A stretch of 64,000 nt of DNA from Harriotta raleighana (GCA_050575255.1 JBNZDD010013726.1:682001-746000); one strand, 5' to 3'. Shown: positions 14,020 to 28,132, counted from the first letter of the stretch. The notes: generated from the sequence alone by a model not told the origin. Numbers and translations are program-made.

Positions 14020-14385
14020 CATTTCCAAATTCTTACACTTCCTTTACCAAAGAGGGTCTCCACGTATGCTGGAAACCCTCTGGTACATCAAGTAAGCAGT
14101 TACTTTTAATATGCAACCCTAGACAATGAACGTTGTTTAGCAGGATTTTCAATTATGGATCGTCTGTCTCACAGCCATGGCCAATCCTATTCTCACCATA
14201 CACCAAAATAGAGGCATTTTCTTGGGATCTTTGCAGAGCAATTTGAAACTCTACTTCGCCCACAGGCATCAAGTCCAATTGCAGCATCTCGATTCACTGT
14301 TCCAGCTAAAACATAAATCAACATTTTAATGTGTGATCTTTCTTGATGGGTTGGCTCACCCAAAGATGCATTTTCCCATTGATTT
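14020..14385 (-). mobile_element. Probable very old interspersed repeat (SINE-like)
   Basis: accctctggtac...cctagacaatga...tcacagcc..gccaatcct.ttctcacc resembles an ancient chondrichthyan repeat I recall. Heavily diverged. Confidence 0.35.
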
Positions 14386-16419
14386 AATTGTATGATTTTT
14401 TAAAATATTAATGGACATCATGGAGATTGCAACACACCAATGCATTGATTTTATTATAACTGTGATAACATTTGGGCATGTTAAATAGCCGAACCCCAGT
14501 CATCAAAAACACAGTTGATTGCTATAGCTTGCTTTATATATTTATCATGTTTAGGACAGTATAAAAAACACAATGTTATCTTATCTCCAAAATAATAGTT
14601 GAATTGTTCTAAAATTAGAAATTTTGCACAACTCAAACAATTTCATTGCAATATTGGGCTGTATTTAATTTTCTCAGGAACCAATTCTCAATAGTCTCAC
14701 CAATACTCTGCATTGAATGATATCAGCTTGTTTTTCATAAGGTATTTGCCAATATTTTGCTTCATCTGTTTACAGCTGCTGGACTTGGAAGGAATTGGAA
14801 CCTCTTTACCTGGTGTGAGATGTTATTCTTTTATGTTAACAACAAATAAAGGATCGGGGATTGGTCGGGGGAAAGAGAAAGAGAGATGGGAGTAGAAGGA
14901 ATTTCCATAGGAGTCTATATTTACTCTATTTCTTAAGCAAACAGAATTAGACAAACAGTTGAATTAAATCTTAACTTTCAAGTCAGTTTTCTGTCATTTC
15001 TAAAATAATTTAAACCAAACCAGCTTCAAAACTAAAACATTATTGAAGGAATCGCAAAATGCTAGATACTCCAAAAAGGTAAATCTAGCTCCAAGTGGAA
15101 TTTTACTTCCTGCATGTCTTTACCAATTTCCACAATAAAGTAAATGCTCCACTCTACTTTCTACAATATTTTTTAAATTACAAAACAAGAATTAAAAAAT
15201 ACAATTTTTTTATACAAACCCTCTTAAGCTTGTCAAATCATACGTATAATATGGAGGTAGCAATGATCTACAGCCCCATCTGAAGAAAAGTTTATCATCT
15301 TCAGAGTCCAGCAGCTGCAAGAAGATTATGAACTGAAAGATTGAGCAAGGCTGGTGAGCAGATCAGGGCAACTGATCCCATGGGAAGGAAGAAGAGCTAT
15401 CTAGCTATACAGGGAATAGTGAGATAGGATTTACATCTGTACTTGCAACCTGACAATACTTGAGAATGTAAGTTACGTCAGACCACTAGTGCAGATGTAA
15501 ATCATATTTCATTGCCCTTTCCTATGATATACTCCCCTAAGTTAAATATGCTTTTTTTTTAAAAAGTCAGCATTAAAGCAAAATGGTGCAGATAATATTT
15601 TCAACAAAGTGTGAATCATCACTGTATATCACTCCATGAACAGTGGAATTGACTGGATGGTTCTCTGAAGACATTTAGCACCATTTTTATGGATGAGCGT
15701 TTTAACGAGGATAGTACCAACATGAAGACTCATCATGCATCGCTATTGCCATGCTTTTTTTAAAAAAACAACACCTGAACAAACCAGATATTACACTTTG
15801 GAAATCTTCAATAAGTTAAACATGATTGGACACACCAGTTGTGTCTGAAGTACATGTTCAATTCATTGCCACCTTATCCACAACAAACATCATCTTGTTC
15901 TGAATGTTGCTGGCATTACTCCGATCAGCTGTGCAAATGCTCAAACATACCTGTCAACATGATAGAAGTTTTTTAGTTTTTTTTGCTGTGATCAAAAACA
16001 GTTTCAAACGAACATGGCATCAGGTTCCAATTTTCTCTGCATGATGTAGTGCTTCATATATTTACACATGGCATGTATCTCAGTCACAGAAAGGAACCTT
16101 ATTACTATGCCAACATATAATATAAGGAACTATGAATGAAGCAATAATATTTTAAAAAGTTTGGGATATATATTTAACCATCATTAAAATATTCAACTGA
16201 TTCATTACTGCTTAAAAAGCGTTTTACACTTAAATGGCCACAAAATGGAAACTGAAGATGCTATAGCTTTTTAAAAAGATTAAACATTTTTAAAAATTCT
16301 ATTTTCCACATTAGAACCATAACAATGATTTGATTATGATCATGAAATATAACATTTAGAATATTGAATTGAAATGCATTTCCTTAAAACATTTTATACA
16401 GTATTTGTAGTAATAAGAG

Positions 16420-16752
16420 TAATAATCCTTGCATTTATAATACACCTATAATACTGAAACATCTCAGAGCATTTCATAGCATTTCTGTTGCGTCACTTCA
16501 CAGGTAATTCTTGTTGTGTATTCCTGTATAGTTGCAGGCAAACAAATCAGTCATTTTGCTCAAAACAAAAACTTCAAAATGCCATGAAACAAATGAGCAA
16601 TTCATCCAGTGAATTGTTTGCCAGGACAAACTCTTTATCTTCTCAAATAGCATTATGGGATCTTTAACATTCACTGGAGTTCAGGTGGGATTGTGATCTC
16701 AAGTCCACAAATGTCTGACAAACAAAGAGTGCTGCTAAATGAACGAGGCTGA
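16420..16752 (-). mobile_element. Degraded SacSINE1-like SINE
   Basis: taataatccttgcattta tail, ccaggaca...aatagcattatgggatcttt core, tRNA-like head remnant. Confidence 0.55.
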
Positions 16753-18009
16753 TACCTCCCCACACATGTAGTCAAGAAATTAATTGCTCAAGTACATAAA
16801 TCCTCATCTTTAGAAATATTCTACAGTCGAAAATGTTTGGAAAAAAATTGTCCTGGATTCTACTAAATCATCCATACAATGCTTCAAATTCACATTTTTC
16901 GACCCAGTAATTTTAAATTTGCAGAAAACAGACAAAACTGAATGATAGCCATCAGGAACAAATTGATTTGTACAAATATGTTAATGGAATCTTTCAGAAG
17001 AACACTGCTTGCCATATAATGTTCATAAAGAAAAATTGAGTGTTGCAAAATGATGAGAACATCTGGTCTATTCACTGGTAGCAGATCCACAGTCCATCTC
17101 CCAGAAAGCAAATGGATTTACAGGGCACAACATGCAGACATATTGCAACATACCCTGCCTGGTTTGTGCAAAAGACTTACAGAATATGGACTAGAAGAGT
17201 TGTGCTTGAGCAAACAGCTGTGTCAGAGCTAAATGCAAATAATCAAATATGGATTACTGTTAATAAAAAATGTAAAATATAAATGATACTTCAAAATGAA
17301 ATAAATGAGAAATTACCACAATTTTTGCACAACTATGAAACTTTTTTTTAATCTTAAGCACCAAGAATGACTGGATTTTTGTCTTAAAATCTAATTTCTT
17401 GATGTTTCTCAAAAAATGTTGGAAATTATGTGGACTTTAATAGTCTCATATATAAACACACATTGGCTGGATTATTGTAGGCTGTAGTTAACACTGAATA
17501 CTTTTGAAACTTAAAAATAAGCACAGTTCACCCAGAAAGGTCACAATTTAGACAAAATTCTACATAAAACTGATTAAGTTTTAATATCTGTAACCAGCCA
17601 TTCAAACTGTAATATATGTTAATAGATTTATTGAGCTACTTTATCATTTTGAAATACATATTCTTGTGAAGAACTCTTACACATTCTTCTCCACCTTTCC
17701 TGGGGGAAGGGAGAAGAGAACAGACTCGGTTTCAGATTTTTTCACAAACCAGTTATAGGTATTGATTCGGAGCAGGTGCAATACTAAAAGGCATTGGGCA
17801 GTGATCCTTTTCTCCTCCCTTCCCCCACCTGGCATACAGTGGTCATGCAATATTTGTCAAGAGTAGATAACATGACATGGTGTCCAGAGAATCAATAAAA
17901 ATTTTACAGAATACAATTTACCAAATATTTGACATTACTTTACTTTTGTTTGAAATTGAATAATATTTTCTCTTATTTTTGAATAATTTTCAGCCTCTCC
18001 AGTTCTTAC

Positions 18010-18394
18010 AGCCAAACCCAGTTGGTAGCATTCTTGCCTCTGTGTTAGAAGGTTGTAGATTCACTTTCATGCTGTAAATTTGAATTTACTGCCTTGGCTG
18101 AAACTCCAAAACAGTGCTCGGGCAGCGTTGCATTATTACAGTGCTGACCTTCGTAGAGCTCACTTGCCTGTCAATAACTAAGATTCTGCAGCATCATTTG
18201 AAGGGAGAAGGGAGATTCTCTTGGTGTAACTTACAAACAATTCATGGCTGCTTTTTGGAACATTGATGTGTGCAAATTGGTAACTGCATTTGCCTACAAA
18301 TACACAGTCACTACACTTTACAGTAAAGGCTGTGAAACCCTTGAAGACATTTTGAAGACGTGATAAGGTACCATATAAAATGCAAGGATTATTA
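18010..18394 (+). mobile_element. Long tRNA-derived Deu-domain (SacSINE1-like) SINE; tail interrupted by a MITE
   Basis: tRNA-like head (gttggtagcattcttgcctctg...gaaggttgtagattca), tgtgcaaattgg..ctgc core, and tail ...atataaaatgcaaggattatt. Confidence 0.7.
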
Positions 18395-18720
18395 CAGTAC
18401 AACCTCGATAATCCTGCACGGTTGGGCCCACACCTCCCGGATTTCGGAGTCTACCGGTATTTAGAACCTACCCTAAAAATGGCTGGAGAAGCCCCGCCCC
18501 ATTCACCAAGTGTGTTGTAAACATAGCACTGAAGGGAAAAAAAGCTTCCCCCCACAGCGCCGGATGACAGAGAGGCGGTGCTGGGAACTGCAAGCAACTG
18601 TTCCGAATTATGGGAGATTTGCGCAACATCGGAAAAATCTAACAGTGTATATATTTTAAAATCTTGCTGGTTGGAGAGAATTGCCAGGTTTCGCAAAGTC
18701 GGATTATTGAGGTTTTACTG
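18395..18720. mobile_element. Tc1/mariner (Tigger/pogo-like) MITE, 326 bp
   Basis: TIRs cagtacaacctcgataatcc / ggattattgaggttttactg (18 of 20 complementary), flanked by TA on both sides. Confidence 0.85.
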
Positions 18721-19219
18721 TATTATTACTTGCCGTATTCTGCCAAAGGGGCTTCAACCATCTTATAAAAGGTGCCCAACAACCAACCACAGATTTATTT
18801 CCTTCTTCTTCAATCTTCTTCAACCGCATTATGGGCAAGTCAATGAATAAAACCTTAAATCCCATCAGTCTTCTGCTTCTTGGACCAATGTTGATTTATC
18901 ATTCTGCATCAAATAGACAAGCTAAGCAGTATAACCCCAATTTAAGAAGCTGGAAATCCGATAGAGAAGCAACGCAAGATTATCTTGAGGTTATTTAACA
19001 CTACATCGTCTGCAGCGTAACCATCATAATATTAATAATAAACTAAAGATTAGCCGCAGCCAAATGTCAGGTTTTATTGTTTTTTAAAATTTAAGCTTGA
19101 AGTTCCAATACAGATTCTATGAGAGGAATGTTATTGTTCTCTCAGATATTTAAATCACATCTTAAATCATTGGCCACTGCACAAATATAGCATGTAAACT
19201 GTATCTATAAATGACAGTA

Positions 19220-19914
19220 CAGGCGGTCCTCAAGTTACGTCAGGGTTAGGTTCCTAAAATGTGGTGTAAGTCGAATTTGTATGTAAGTCGAGTCACCCCC
19301 CTATAATGCTTACAGTAACATACAGTGATTGGTTGCAGTGTATAGTGAGCTGCCCTCTCTCCCCTGCCCCCCTCCTAATATGTACAGTACTGTAAATAAA
19401 ATAAAATATTACTATGTACTTACATGGCTTCATTGTGAGTCTGGCACTCGATGTAGCGCAACGCAGGAGATCACATGCGACGTAGCACAACACAGGAGAT
19501 CACACGCGATGTAGCGCAACGCAGATCACATGTGACGTAGCGCAACGCAGGAGATCACGCGTGACGTAGCGCAATGCAGATCACGCGTGACGTAGTGCAA
19601 CGCGGATCACGCGTGACGTAGCGCAGTCTAAAGGCGGGAGAGTACTGTCCCGCCGAGCTCACAGCCTCACACAGTACCTGTACAGTACACACTCGCGTTT
19701 CGCCTCCATCCTGTTCCTGAACGCGTATCGTGGGCCCGGAAGCGTTGAGAGCGGCGGCTCCAGTTTTCTATCGCGCGTGGGGCAACTAAAGTATTTACAT
19801 AGTAGTGTTGTAACTTCGAGAACTTGGATGTAACTCGGACGTAATTTTACTGATTTTCAGTGTCGTAACTTCGAATTGTCGTACCTCGAAACGTCGTAAC
19901 TAGAGGACTGCCTG
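19220..19914. mobile_element. Tigger/pogo-like non-autonomous DNA transposon, 695 bp, with an internal minisatellite
   Basis: TIRs caggcggtcctcaagttacg / cgtaactagaggactgcctg, TA flanks, subterminal gtaactcg/gtaagtcg repeats. Confidence 0.85.
19449..19626. repeat. CpG-rich minisatellite, about 6.5 units of 26/29 bp
   Basis: Unit gacgtagcgcaacgca(gga)gatcacgcgt repeated with variants. Confidence 0.9.
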
Positions 19915-19994
19915 TACTGTAGTACAACTTGCAAAATGACACTGCAATCAATAGTACAGAAGTTTTATTACAACCTTAAACACTTTTTTTTTTT

Positions 19995-20655
19995 AATTAC
20001 ATTTAGAGTGCCTTTCATGTCAGGAGGACATCCCAAGGGACTGAACAGTAAGTAGGGTTGGGATGAGGGAAGGCAGTGAGGTATGACGGCGACTTAAGGC
20101 ACGGTCGAAGAGGAGGGTCTTGAGACCGGTCTTGAAGGAGACAAGGGAGAGAGCATGGCAACGGGATTGTGGGATAGAGTTCCAAAGCATTGGGGCAGAA
20201 AGGCTGAAAGCCCAGGTAGGGTGGGTCGAGTGGGAGACAAGGAGTAGGCCGGAGCCTGCTGAACGGAGAGAGCATACATGTTGATGGGGGTCAGCAGGTC
20301 AGAGAGATAGGAGGGGCAAGGCCATGGAGGGCCTTGAAAATTAGGACAATGATCTTGAATTCTATCCTCTGAGGAATGGACAGCCAGTGGAGCCAGGCGA
20401 GGGTGGGGGTGATGGGGTCGCGGAGCCTGGTGCGGGAGAGGACATGAGCTGCAGAGTTTAGGATGATCTGCAGCTTGTGGAGGGAAAAGTTGGGGAGGCC
20501 TACAAGGAGGGAGTTACCATAGACAAGCCTTGAGGTGACAAATGTGTGTGTAAGAGTTTCAGTGGCCTGAGGGGTGAGGCAGTGACGGAGACGAGTGATG
20601 TTGCAAATGTGGTGGAAGGTGGTGATGGTCATGGATGTGGGGGAGAAAGGACACT
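19995..20655 (-). mobile_element. L2-type LINE 3' fragment
   Basis: ETLTHTFVTSRLVYGNSLL.GLP...LHWLSIPQRIEFKI in ORF 20291-20659. 3' tail gggatgtcctcctgacatgaaaggcactctaaatgtaa on minus. Confidence 0.88.
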
Positions 20656-21149
20656 TCAAAACAGCAAACTTTTACAGTTTTTTAATGCATGTTGTAACCC
20701 ATGCATCATGATGGTAGCCAGCAATGGTCTAAATTCCATTTATCTTCTGGTTTCACATAGCTTTCATGGCTTGCTTCTATTTTCTCACACATCACAGCAA
20801 TTCAATCAGCCGCATTCAGCATTTCCATCAAAAGAAACTAAGCAAATAATGTTGGCAGTTCCATAGATGTACATTGATATGCATCGTGAATAAAAGGCCA
20901 ACTTATTACTCATCAAAGAAAAAAGGTAGATGAAAATGAGGTTGTGTGGATGTTCAGACCAGCTTGTAAATATTTTGTTACTGTTTAGATGTACGCGTGT
21001 TTTACATGTTTCAAATGATCCTTGCTGAATGTCAGCTATTATTAGTGGCAAATTATATGTAACCAATGAAAACCAAAGGCTCCTCTTTCTTCAGATCACA
21101 AAGATCAAACCACTGTCAGAAATACTTAAACCCACATATTTTCCTGCAC

Positions 21150-21510
21150 TAACTTCACATAATCATCACCTCTGTCCTAGTCAGCCTCCACTGGATTCTT
21201 ATCTCCAGCAAATCAAGTTTAAGATCCACTCTCACCTAAAAATCTATGTGTGTCTTTACCCTAACAACCTCTGTGACCTTCTCCAACCTTATGCTCTCCA
21301 CGAGTCAAATTTGACCTTGCTGCTCATTCCTTACTTCTTCTGTCCCACCATCAATGGGCAAACATTCTGCTCTTATGCCACAAACCTCTGGAATGTTCTC
21401 CTCTTCAAATCCCTACACTTCACCATCTGTCTTGAAAAAACCTCTCTTAAAAAAAACAAGCTCTTCAACCATCCTTATGATCATCTCCCTCCTTCCCATC
21501 TACCCATCCA
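21150..21510 (+). mobile_element. Highly degraded L2 fragment
   Basis: IKFKI...DLLQPY...TINGQTFCSYATNLWN remnants in ORF 21029-21514. Confidence 0.55.
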
Positions 21511-21866
21511 ATAATAATAATCCTTGCATTTAATATGGCACTTTGTCACATCTTCAAGACATCTCAGGCACTTCACAGAATATACCATAAAGTGAATTGG
21601 CTGTATAATTTGTGGACAAAACACGGCAGCCAATTGTGCCCAGCAATGTCCCACAAACAGTCGTGAATTGAGTGATCAATTTATTGTTATTTTAGCAAAT
21701 TATTACCACCAGAAAAGCAATCTGACAATCAAATAACGACCGGGTTCCTCCTTACTGCTGGCTAAACAGAGGCAGAAGTAAGGAAACTTCTCAACATTTC
21801 GCCCTGCCAGAAATTGAACTCAAGTCTCTCGCTTACAGAGCTTTAACCACTGAGCTATAAGAATTC
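21511..21866 (-). mobile_element. Short tRNA-head SINE, same family
   Basis: ataataatccttgcattt tail, cccacaaacagtc core, tagctcagtggttaaagc head. Confidence 0.8.
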
Positions 21867-24800
21867 AAGTGTCCAGAAGAGTCTCAGTAACCTCTTTGAG
21901 ACATCAACCTACTACAGGCAGGACCCACATAAATGTAAGTTGTTGCTTGGCCAAAATGTATCAGCATATATCTTTTTGAGCAAAGAAACAGATTTATGGC
22001 TTTTGTGTACCTGACAAGCAAGAAAATAGCCACTCCCATCAGTGGTCCATATGTAACAGGTATTTTTTGTTCCATATGCCTGAATAATTAAACAAGTTGT
22101 AATTAATTGAAACAGAAAGAAAGAACAATATTTGTTTCTTTGTGGTGCTCCATCTAGTGGCCTCACCTTTAACAAAAGAAAATCACCCAACTGGATTGTA
22201 AAACAGCCATCCAATTCAGGTGGTTTGACAATCCAGTTCATAAAATAAGAGTCCAGCAATGTTAAAGGAAACTATATTAATAAAATAAGGTTTCTTTGTA
22301 TTAATTTTGATCAGTTTCAAAAGTTCTTCACATATTTTGCTGTGACATATGTCCTTCATTCTTTGCTAAATATTCAATCAATATACAGTATTTAAAAATA
22401 CAATAGGGTATCTACACTAGGTATCTAGTCAACCTCAAAAGAAACAATCCTAATTCGATTCTCAATCACATGATTAACCAACAACCAATCATCCCTGAGA
22501 GTCAGTCAACAGATAGAATAGAGCGTTCCTCACCATTGGCTAACCACCAAACATCATAGGTTGAAAGCTGCAAAAGAGCTGGAAAGAAAGATCTACCAGT
22601 AACTCATACAAAGTTCAANAATTAAATTTATGGGCATATTTCCTTGCAAAAGAGCTGGAAAGAAAGATCTACCAGTAACTCATACAAAGTTCAAGGCTCA
22701 AAGATCAAACCACTTGCACTATAAAATTGAACTACACTAACTGGTAGATCATAATAAAATAATCATACAGTGATAGGACAACTAAAGGACTTGACCTGTA
22801 GTACTGTCCTTCAATTTATACCAACCCATCCTCTATTGCTCATGAAAATGTCAAGCAATTCTCCATTACTGATTAATTATAATAATAAAAGCTGTCAAGT
22901 GTATTTGAATAATTGTTAACTGCACCTTCAAACTGAGATTTCAACAATATCTAATATCGGTGAACTTTACCAACTTAATAATCACGAGCACTGCCTCTAA
23001 AGTTCATTAGTTTATTCTGTAAATATCTTACACAGTGTTCCTGTCACCAAGTTTGGAGAATTGAATGATTAATTACGTCCTGCTGGGACACTTAAACAAG
23101 TCAGCACTTAGGACTGAACCAAAACAGTTGCAACCTTCTTTATACCAAGCCTAAGCCTATCTGTCAATCCTCATATAAAATGCTATTAAGTGTTCAAATT
23201 TACAGCTAAATATATGACTCAATGACAGATGGTTGTGTAAAGTAATAACTGGAAAAATTGAGCATAATTTTGAAAATATACATCTGTCATCACTGTGAGG
23301 TACGACAACAAGAAAAAGGTAGAGATAAAAGGTACTTTTTTTTTTAAAAAAGGCAACCAGTTGTTTTTAGATTTACAAGTCATCAAAATTATTATTGCAG
23401 TTGTCCCAGAGAAATATTTGATATATTTTATGCATTTCTTTTAGTGGCTTCAGGATTGGAGAAGAGAAATTAATATCATTTATTAGCAAGCATCTGCTCA
23501 TCTAAAATTATTTATCACCAATTTACTTTTGAATAGTTGCTGAGATTATTCAGAATAAAATGATGAAATATTCAGATTGCCATGATAATTAACAAGACAA
23601 GAAACAGACTGAAATTTGGAAATCTATTTATAGATCATTGCTGTAGTTTAATGACTCAGATCTCCAAAATGTGATTAATTTTTTAAAGATTCTGAAATTA
23701 TTATTTGAGTTTTAACACTTTGTGCCACCTCCCCACCAAAATGGAACAATTTAAAGCTCTAAATGTTATTATTTCAAGAAACAACATACCAACGTGTATT
23801 GAATTAACAATCCCAGAAACCTCGCCACAGGATTCCTGATCACAATGCTGAGAAAGATAATGTAAATAAGGGTCTATGCCCAATGTAAACAAATCAGCTT
23901 CCAAATGATATACTAGCTGCTGACCAGCCTCATTTTGACTGTCACATTTCACATCCTTTTATTTTATGAACTAGAACTCAAATATTTAAGTTAAGATTGT
24001 GACAAATGAGGTACCAAAACACAATTGAGTATATTAGAACCAACTAAAACTACTCGTATCCCATCCCCCCAAAAAGGATCCAGAAAACAAATAAATGTAC
24101 CTTTTGATACCAAGGAAATATGCCCATAAATTTAATTCAAGCAGGGAAAGCACGTTGCAGCTGTCATTCAAGCTTCACCCTGCCACTGAGCCTTGTGGTT
24201 GTCTGGGATTCACTAAATGCTTGTATTTGTATGAATAAAAATGAGGGGATTTAGCAGCTCTATTCTTCTGCAAAGCTGTCAAACTCTGACCTTTATGGCA
24301 AGATTTTTTTTTTAAAAAAGCACATCTTACAAGGAAAGGCTCTGCCCTACCTAGTTTTACAGTACCGTTAGAAAAAATATTGAAGTCCTGCAGCTGAAAT
24401 CAGCTTCATAATGTCAAATATATTTCAGAAAGAGATATACCTTAGAACCACTCTGTTCTAAAGTCTCCGAATAATAAAACACCAAAAGAAGCTGTTACCA
24501 CAAGGGAATCAACCTGCAATCTTACATTTTGTGAAATTTCTCTCTCTTCCCCCCCACCCAAACCCAACAAAACAACAAAAGATTTTTCCTCAGTTGCACG
24601 AAAATGTCCCAATTCCCCAACTATATTGTCTTTGTAAAAAGAAGTCCCAGAAGTGAAGGAAATTATTTTTTGAAATATGGACAACACTCCCTTTCCCAGA
24701 ACAATCCCATCTCCTGACTTGACAGAATGTCTACTATATTTACCCAACCGAATTTGCCAAAGATGTACTCCCAGCTGTAGCAGACACACATGTTGCTGTC

Positions 24801-25244
24801 AATCATTTGTCAAAGCAGTTATTGAGGATGATCAATGAAATCAACTGATTATTACAATTTTCAGAGGAGACCATTTCTTCAACTGGAACGTTATCATGAA
24901 AATATCTTTCAGAAATGTAGAAACTGTAAATTTTACAAATAGAGTATATATAATATAACCCATATTTTTAAAAAAATTCCCAGTTTGGTCAAGATGCAGT
25001 GAGAAAGTAGTTCATTTAAAGAGAGTTAAATGTAAATGTACTCATATGAACTAGCATAAATGTTGAATGCATCAAACATCAAAGCTGAAGTTTTCAGTGT
25101 CTTCAGACAACTACTGTATTTGGCAAGTTAAAATCTATAATCAATCTTACCCAAATTTCTGATCAGTTTTACTTTTGATACTTTTTGGAGCATGCAACAC
25201 TTTGATCTCATAGAGATCAATACCATCTTCACTCAGTTAGTGAA

Positions 25245-26422
25245 TAACATCAACAACAACAACTGCGATTTATATAGCGCCCTCCACGCCAGATGGCGTC
25301 TCAAGAGTGCTTCACAGAAGCGGATCCCAGGCCGGAACCAGGGGCAGGGGTAGAAAGATGACCAAAGGCACGGTCGAAGAGAAAGGTCTTTAGCTGGGGC
25401 CTGAAACTGGGAAGAGAGGGGGCAAGGCGAAAGGAGTGAGGAAGGGAGTTCCAGAGCCTTGGGACATAGTGGCTGAAGGCATGGCCACCTAGGGTGGAGC
25501 AGAGGATTCGGGGGACATGAAGGAGGCCAGACCCTGTGGAGCGAAGACAACGGTTGCTGGTTTGAGGAGAGAGGAGGTCAGAGAGGTAGGGGGGTGCAGA
25601 GAAGTGGGGGGATTTGAAGACAAGGGTGAGGATCTTGAAATCGATCCTCTCAGGAACAGGGAGCCAGTGAAGTCTGGCAAGGACTGCGGTAATGGGGGAG
25701 CGAAGTTTGGTGTGGGTGAGAATGCGGGTGGCAGAGTTCTGAATCAGCTGGATTTTGGGATTGTGGAGGAGGGGAGGCGAGGAGGGGATTGGAATAGTCC
25801 GGCCAAGAGGTGACAAGGGCATGGACCAGAGTTTCAGCAGCTTTTGGGATAAGATATTGCTGGAGACGGGTGATCTGTCGAAGGTGGAAGAAGGAGGTGC
25901 TGGTGAGGGACCGGATGTGGGGGAGGAAGGATCTGACGCTTAGGTTGCGCACAGATTCGGAGAGTTTTAGGGGCAGGCCAGGAAGGTGGAGGAGGTGAGA
26001 GCCGTTGAAATGGAGATGTTGACGAGAGCCAAAGAGTATGGCTTCCATCTTGTCAACATTCAGCTGCAAGAAGTTTGCGCTCATCCAGCTCCTGATGTCT
26101 GACAGACAGGCGGACAGAACATCAGGGGACTGAGGATCGCAAAGTGAAGTGGAGAAACAGAGGTGGATGTCATCCACGAACATGTGGAAGTGTGCCCCAT
26201 GTCTACGGATGACATCCCCAAGAGGGAGCATGTAGATGAGGAAGAGGCCAAGGATGGATCCCTGGTGTACTCCACAGGTAACCGGGTGAGAGCTAGAGGA
26301 AAAACCGTTTATTGAGATGTACTGCTGGCGGTTTATGAGGTAGGATTCGAACCAGGTGAGTGCGGTCCCACTGAGGTGGATAACGGTAGAGGAGGATGGC
26401 ATGGTCGACTGTGTCGACCACG
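25245..26422 (-). mobile_element. L2-type LINE, 5'-truncated, with RT core remnants
   Basis: LSGTALTWFESYL..R.Q...GVHQGSILG..LIYMLPLG..FVDD, then QLIQNSA.RIL...LHWLPVPERIDFKIL. (AAC)n tail at ~25245-25263. Frameshifted. Confidence 0.92.
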
Positions 26423-28132
26423 CCATAAATAAAAGCAGAAAAGTACCATGAACACAAAAAACATTATGTTGGGGAAGGAGATCCTCACTGTCCATTTTAA
26501 AACTTCAAATGGTTTGTTACTAAGACATAATGGCTTCAAAAGTTTCCAGAGTTCAGTGCCACCACAGCACAGAATTAAGTTTATGGACCAGTTAAATTGA
26601 AATTAATAGCTAAGATTTGTCCATCCGTTCGGCACCTCCCACTGCCTTGTCTATTTAACGTCCTTCATGCCATTCTTCCCAACTCCATCATCCACTAAAT
26701 CTAGCTGATCCACAAATTTACCACTTGCTATATGCTAAAAATCTAACCTTAAGACATATGCCAGATGGATTCCATCATGTTGACAAAAATAATGTTAATA
26801 GGACCAACTGTTGTAACTACATACAAATTTGTGCAAACTTCATGGTTACAAGATGTACAATATGGGATATTTATTACATATGTCAGGTGTGGATGAAACA
26901 GGTGCTGTAACTAAGAGTGGGCAGGTTATAGGCCTTGATAATTAGGGCAAATAATCCAGTCTAATGATTTTCTTTCATAATGAATTTCCAATACAACATG
27001 TTGTTAAATATCAAATAAATGTCCCAATAAAAGCATTGTCATACACCATTTTGCAATGGTCAATTATATTCGGATGATGCATAATTTCTTATGAATTGAA
27101 CAATACATTTGTGCCTTCAATGAAGAAATAGAAAGTTGATTGAGTAACTGGAAATTTTAGAAGAAAAATTACTTGGTACTGCAATTATTCACTTAAAAAT
27201 AATGTTGTCATACTGTAACAACAATTCATTAATTCACTTAGAAAATGAAGAATTAGATTGAAGCCCAGTTATACATAAATTTTACTGAGGCACAAATATT
27301 GTAAAATAATTCACCCATTCTGCAAAGCCAAAATCTGAAGCATTTCACATCTCAGATGCAAATCTTGTGCCAAAGAAATGACATCCAGCTAGCAAGTGAT
27401 GGTAATCGTTAAATCAGCATAAAACAAAAGAGAATCAGTTCAGAGTTATGCACATGTGGTATTTCTTCAGAATGTCCAAGACCTAACAGGAGTTTGGTGT
27501 TGAATAAAACTACATTTCAGGATACTTGCCAGGTCCTAAGCAGAAGTGCTTGTCCGTCTATTGCCCTTCCTGTCGAACCAGCTGGAGTTTGTACACTATT
27601 TCTATCCACAGAACGCATTGAACAAACACTTGCATTATATTACTGATCCTATTCACTGTGCAATTGGATGCATCCAGTAACTTGAAGAAAATACCATTCC
27701 GTTTTGAAAATACTGCATTCTATTTTTTCAATATATTTGCTAGGATTGGTTTGAATAAATCAATAGCCCTCCTTCCAGCTTTCTAGTTACCACTGAATTC
27801 TTATTTCTAGTCATAATCTTTCTTACATAAAGTTAGGGAGCTAAAATTAATGAAATCACACCCAGCCCCAAATACTTGCAGATGGATAGTATGGTTAAAT
27901 AAAATACTCAGCTTGTTGTCCTACTTGTGTCATTAGAATCCTGCTGTTCATTTTCAAATTAAATTACAAATTAAATTGGAATATATATTTTGTTAGTTCT
28001 GAGCCCTGCTGGAGCAGATTTAGCAAATGAACACTTGCTAGAGTTGTAAGGATCTTACCTTTTCTATTACTATGTTAACATTTAACTTATGACAGTGTCT
28101 GTAGGTTAAGAAAGATCAACAAGGTCATCTAA

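Noticed and set aside
19449-19626. Regularly spaced ~26-29 bp repeats suggestive of a CRISPR array
   Set aside because: Contiguous tandem units without unique spacers, inside a MITE, in vertebrate DNA with no cas genes.
22569-22694. 50-bp direct repeat separated by a single N and a 27-bp piece (22620-22646) that is the exact reverse complement of 24111-24137
   Set aside because: The N at the junction and perfect identity point to a scaffolding or chimeric-read artefact rather than a real rearrangement or a CRISPR-like repeat-spacer unit. Long reads would settle it.
25650-26495. 281-aa ORF, the longest in the track
   Set aside because: Decayed L2 reverse transcriptase with altered motifs and downstream frameshifts; not a host gene.
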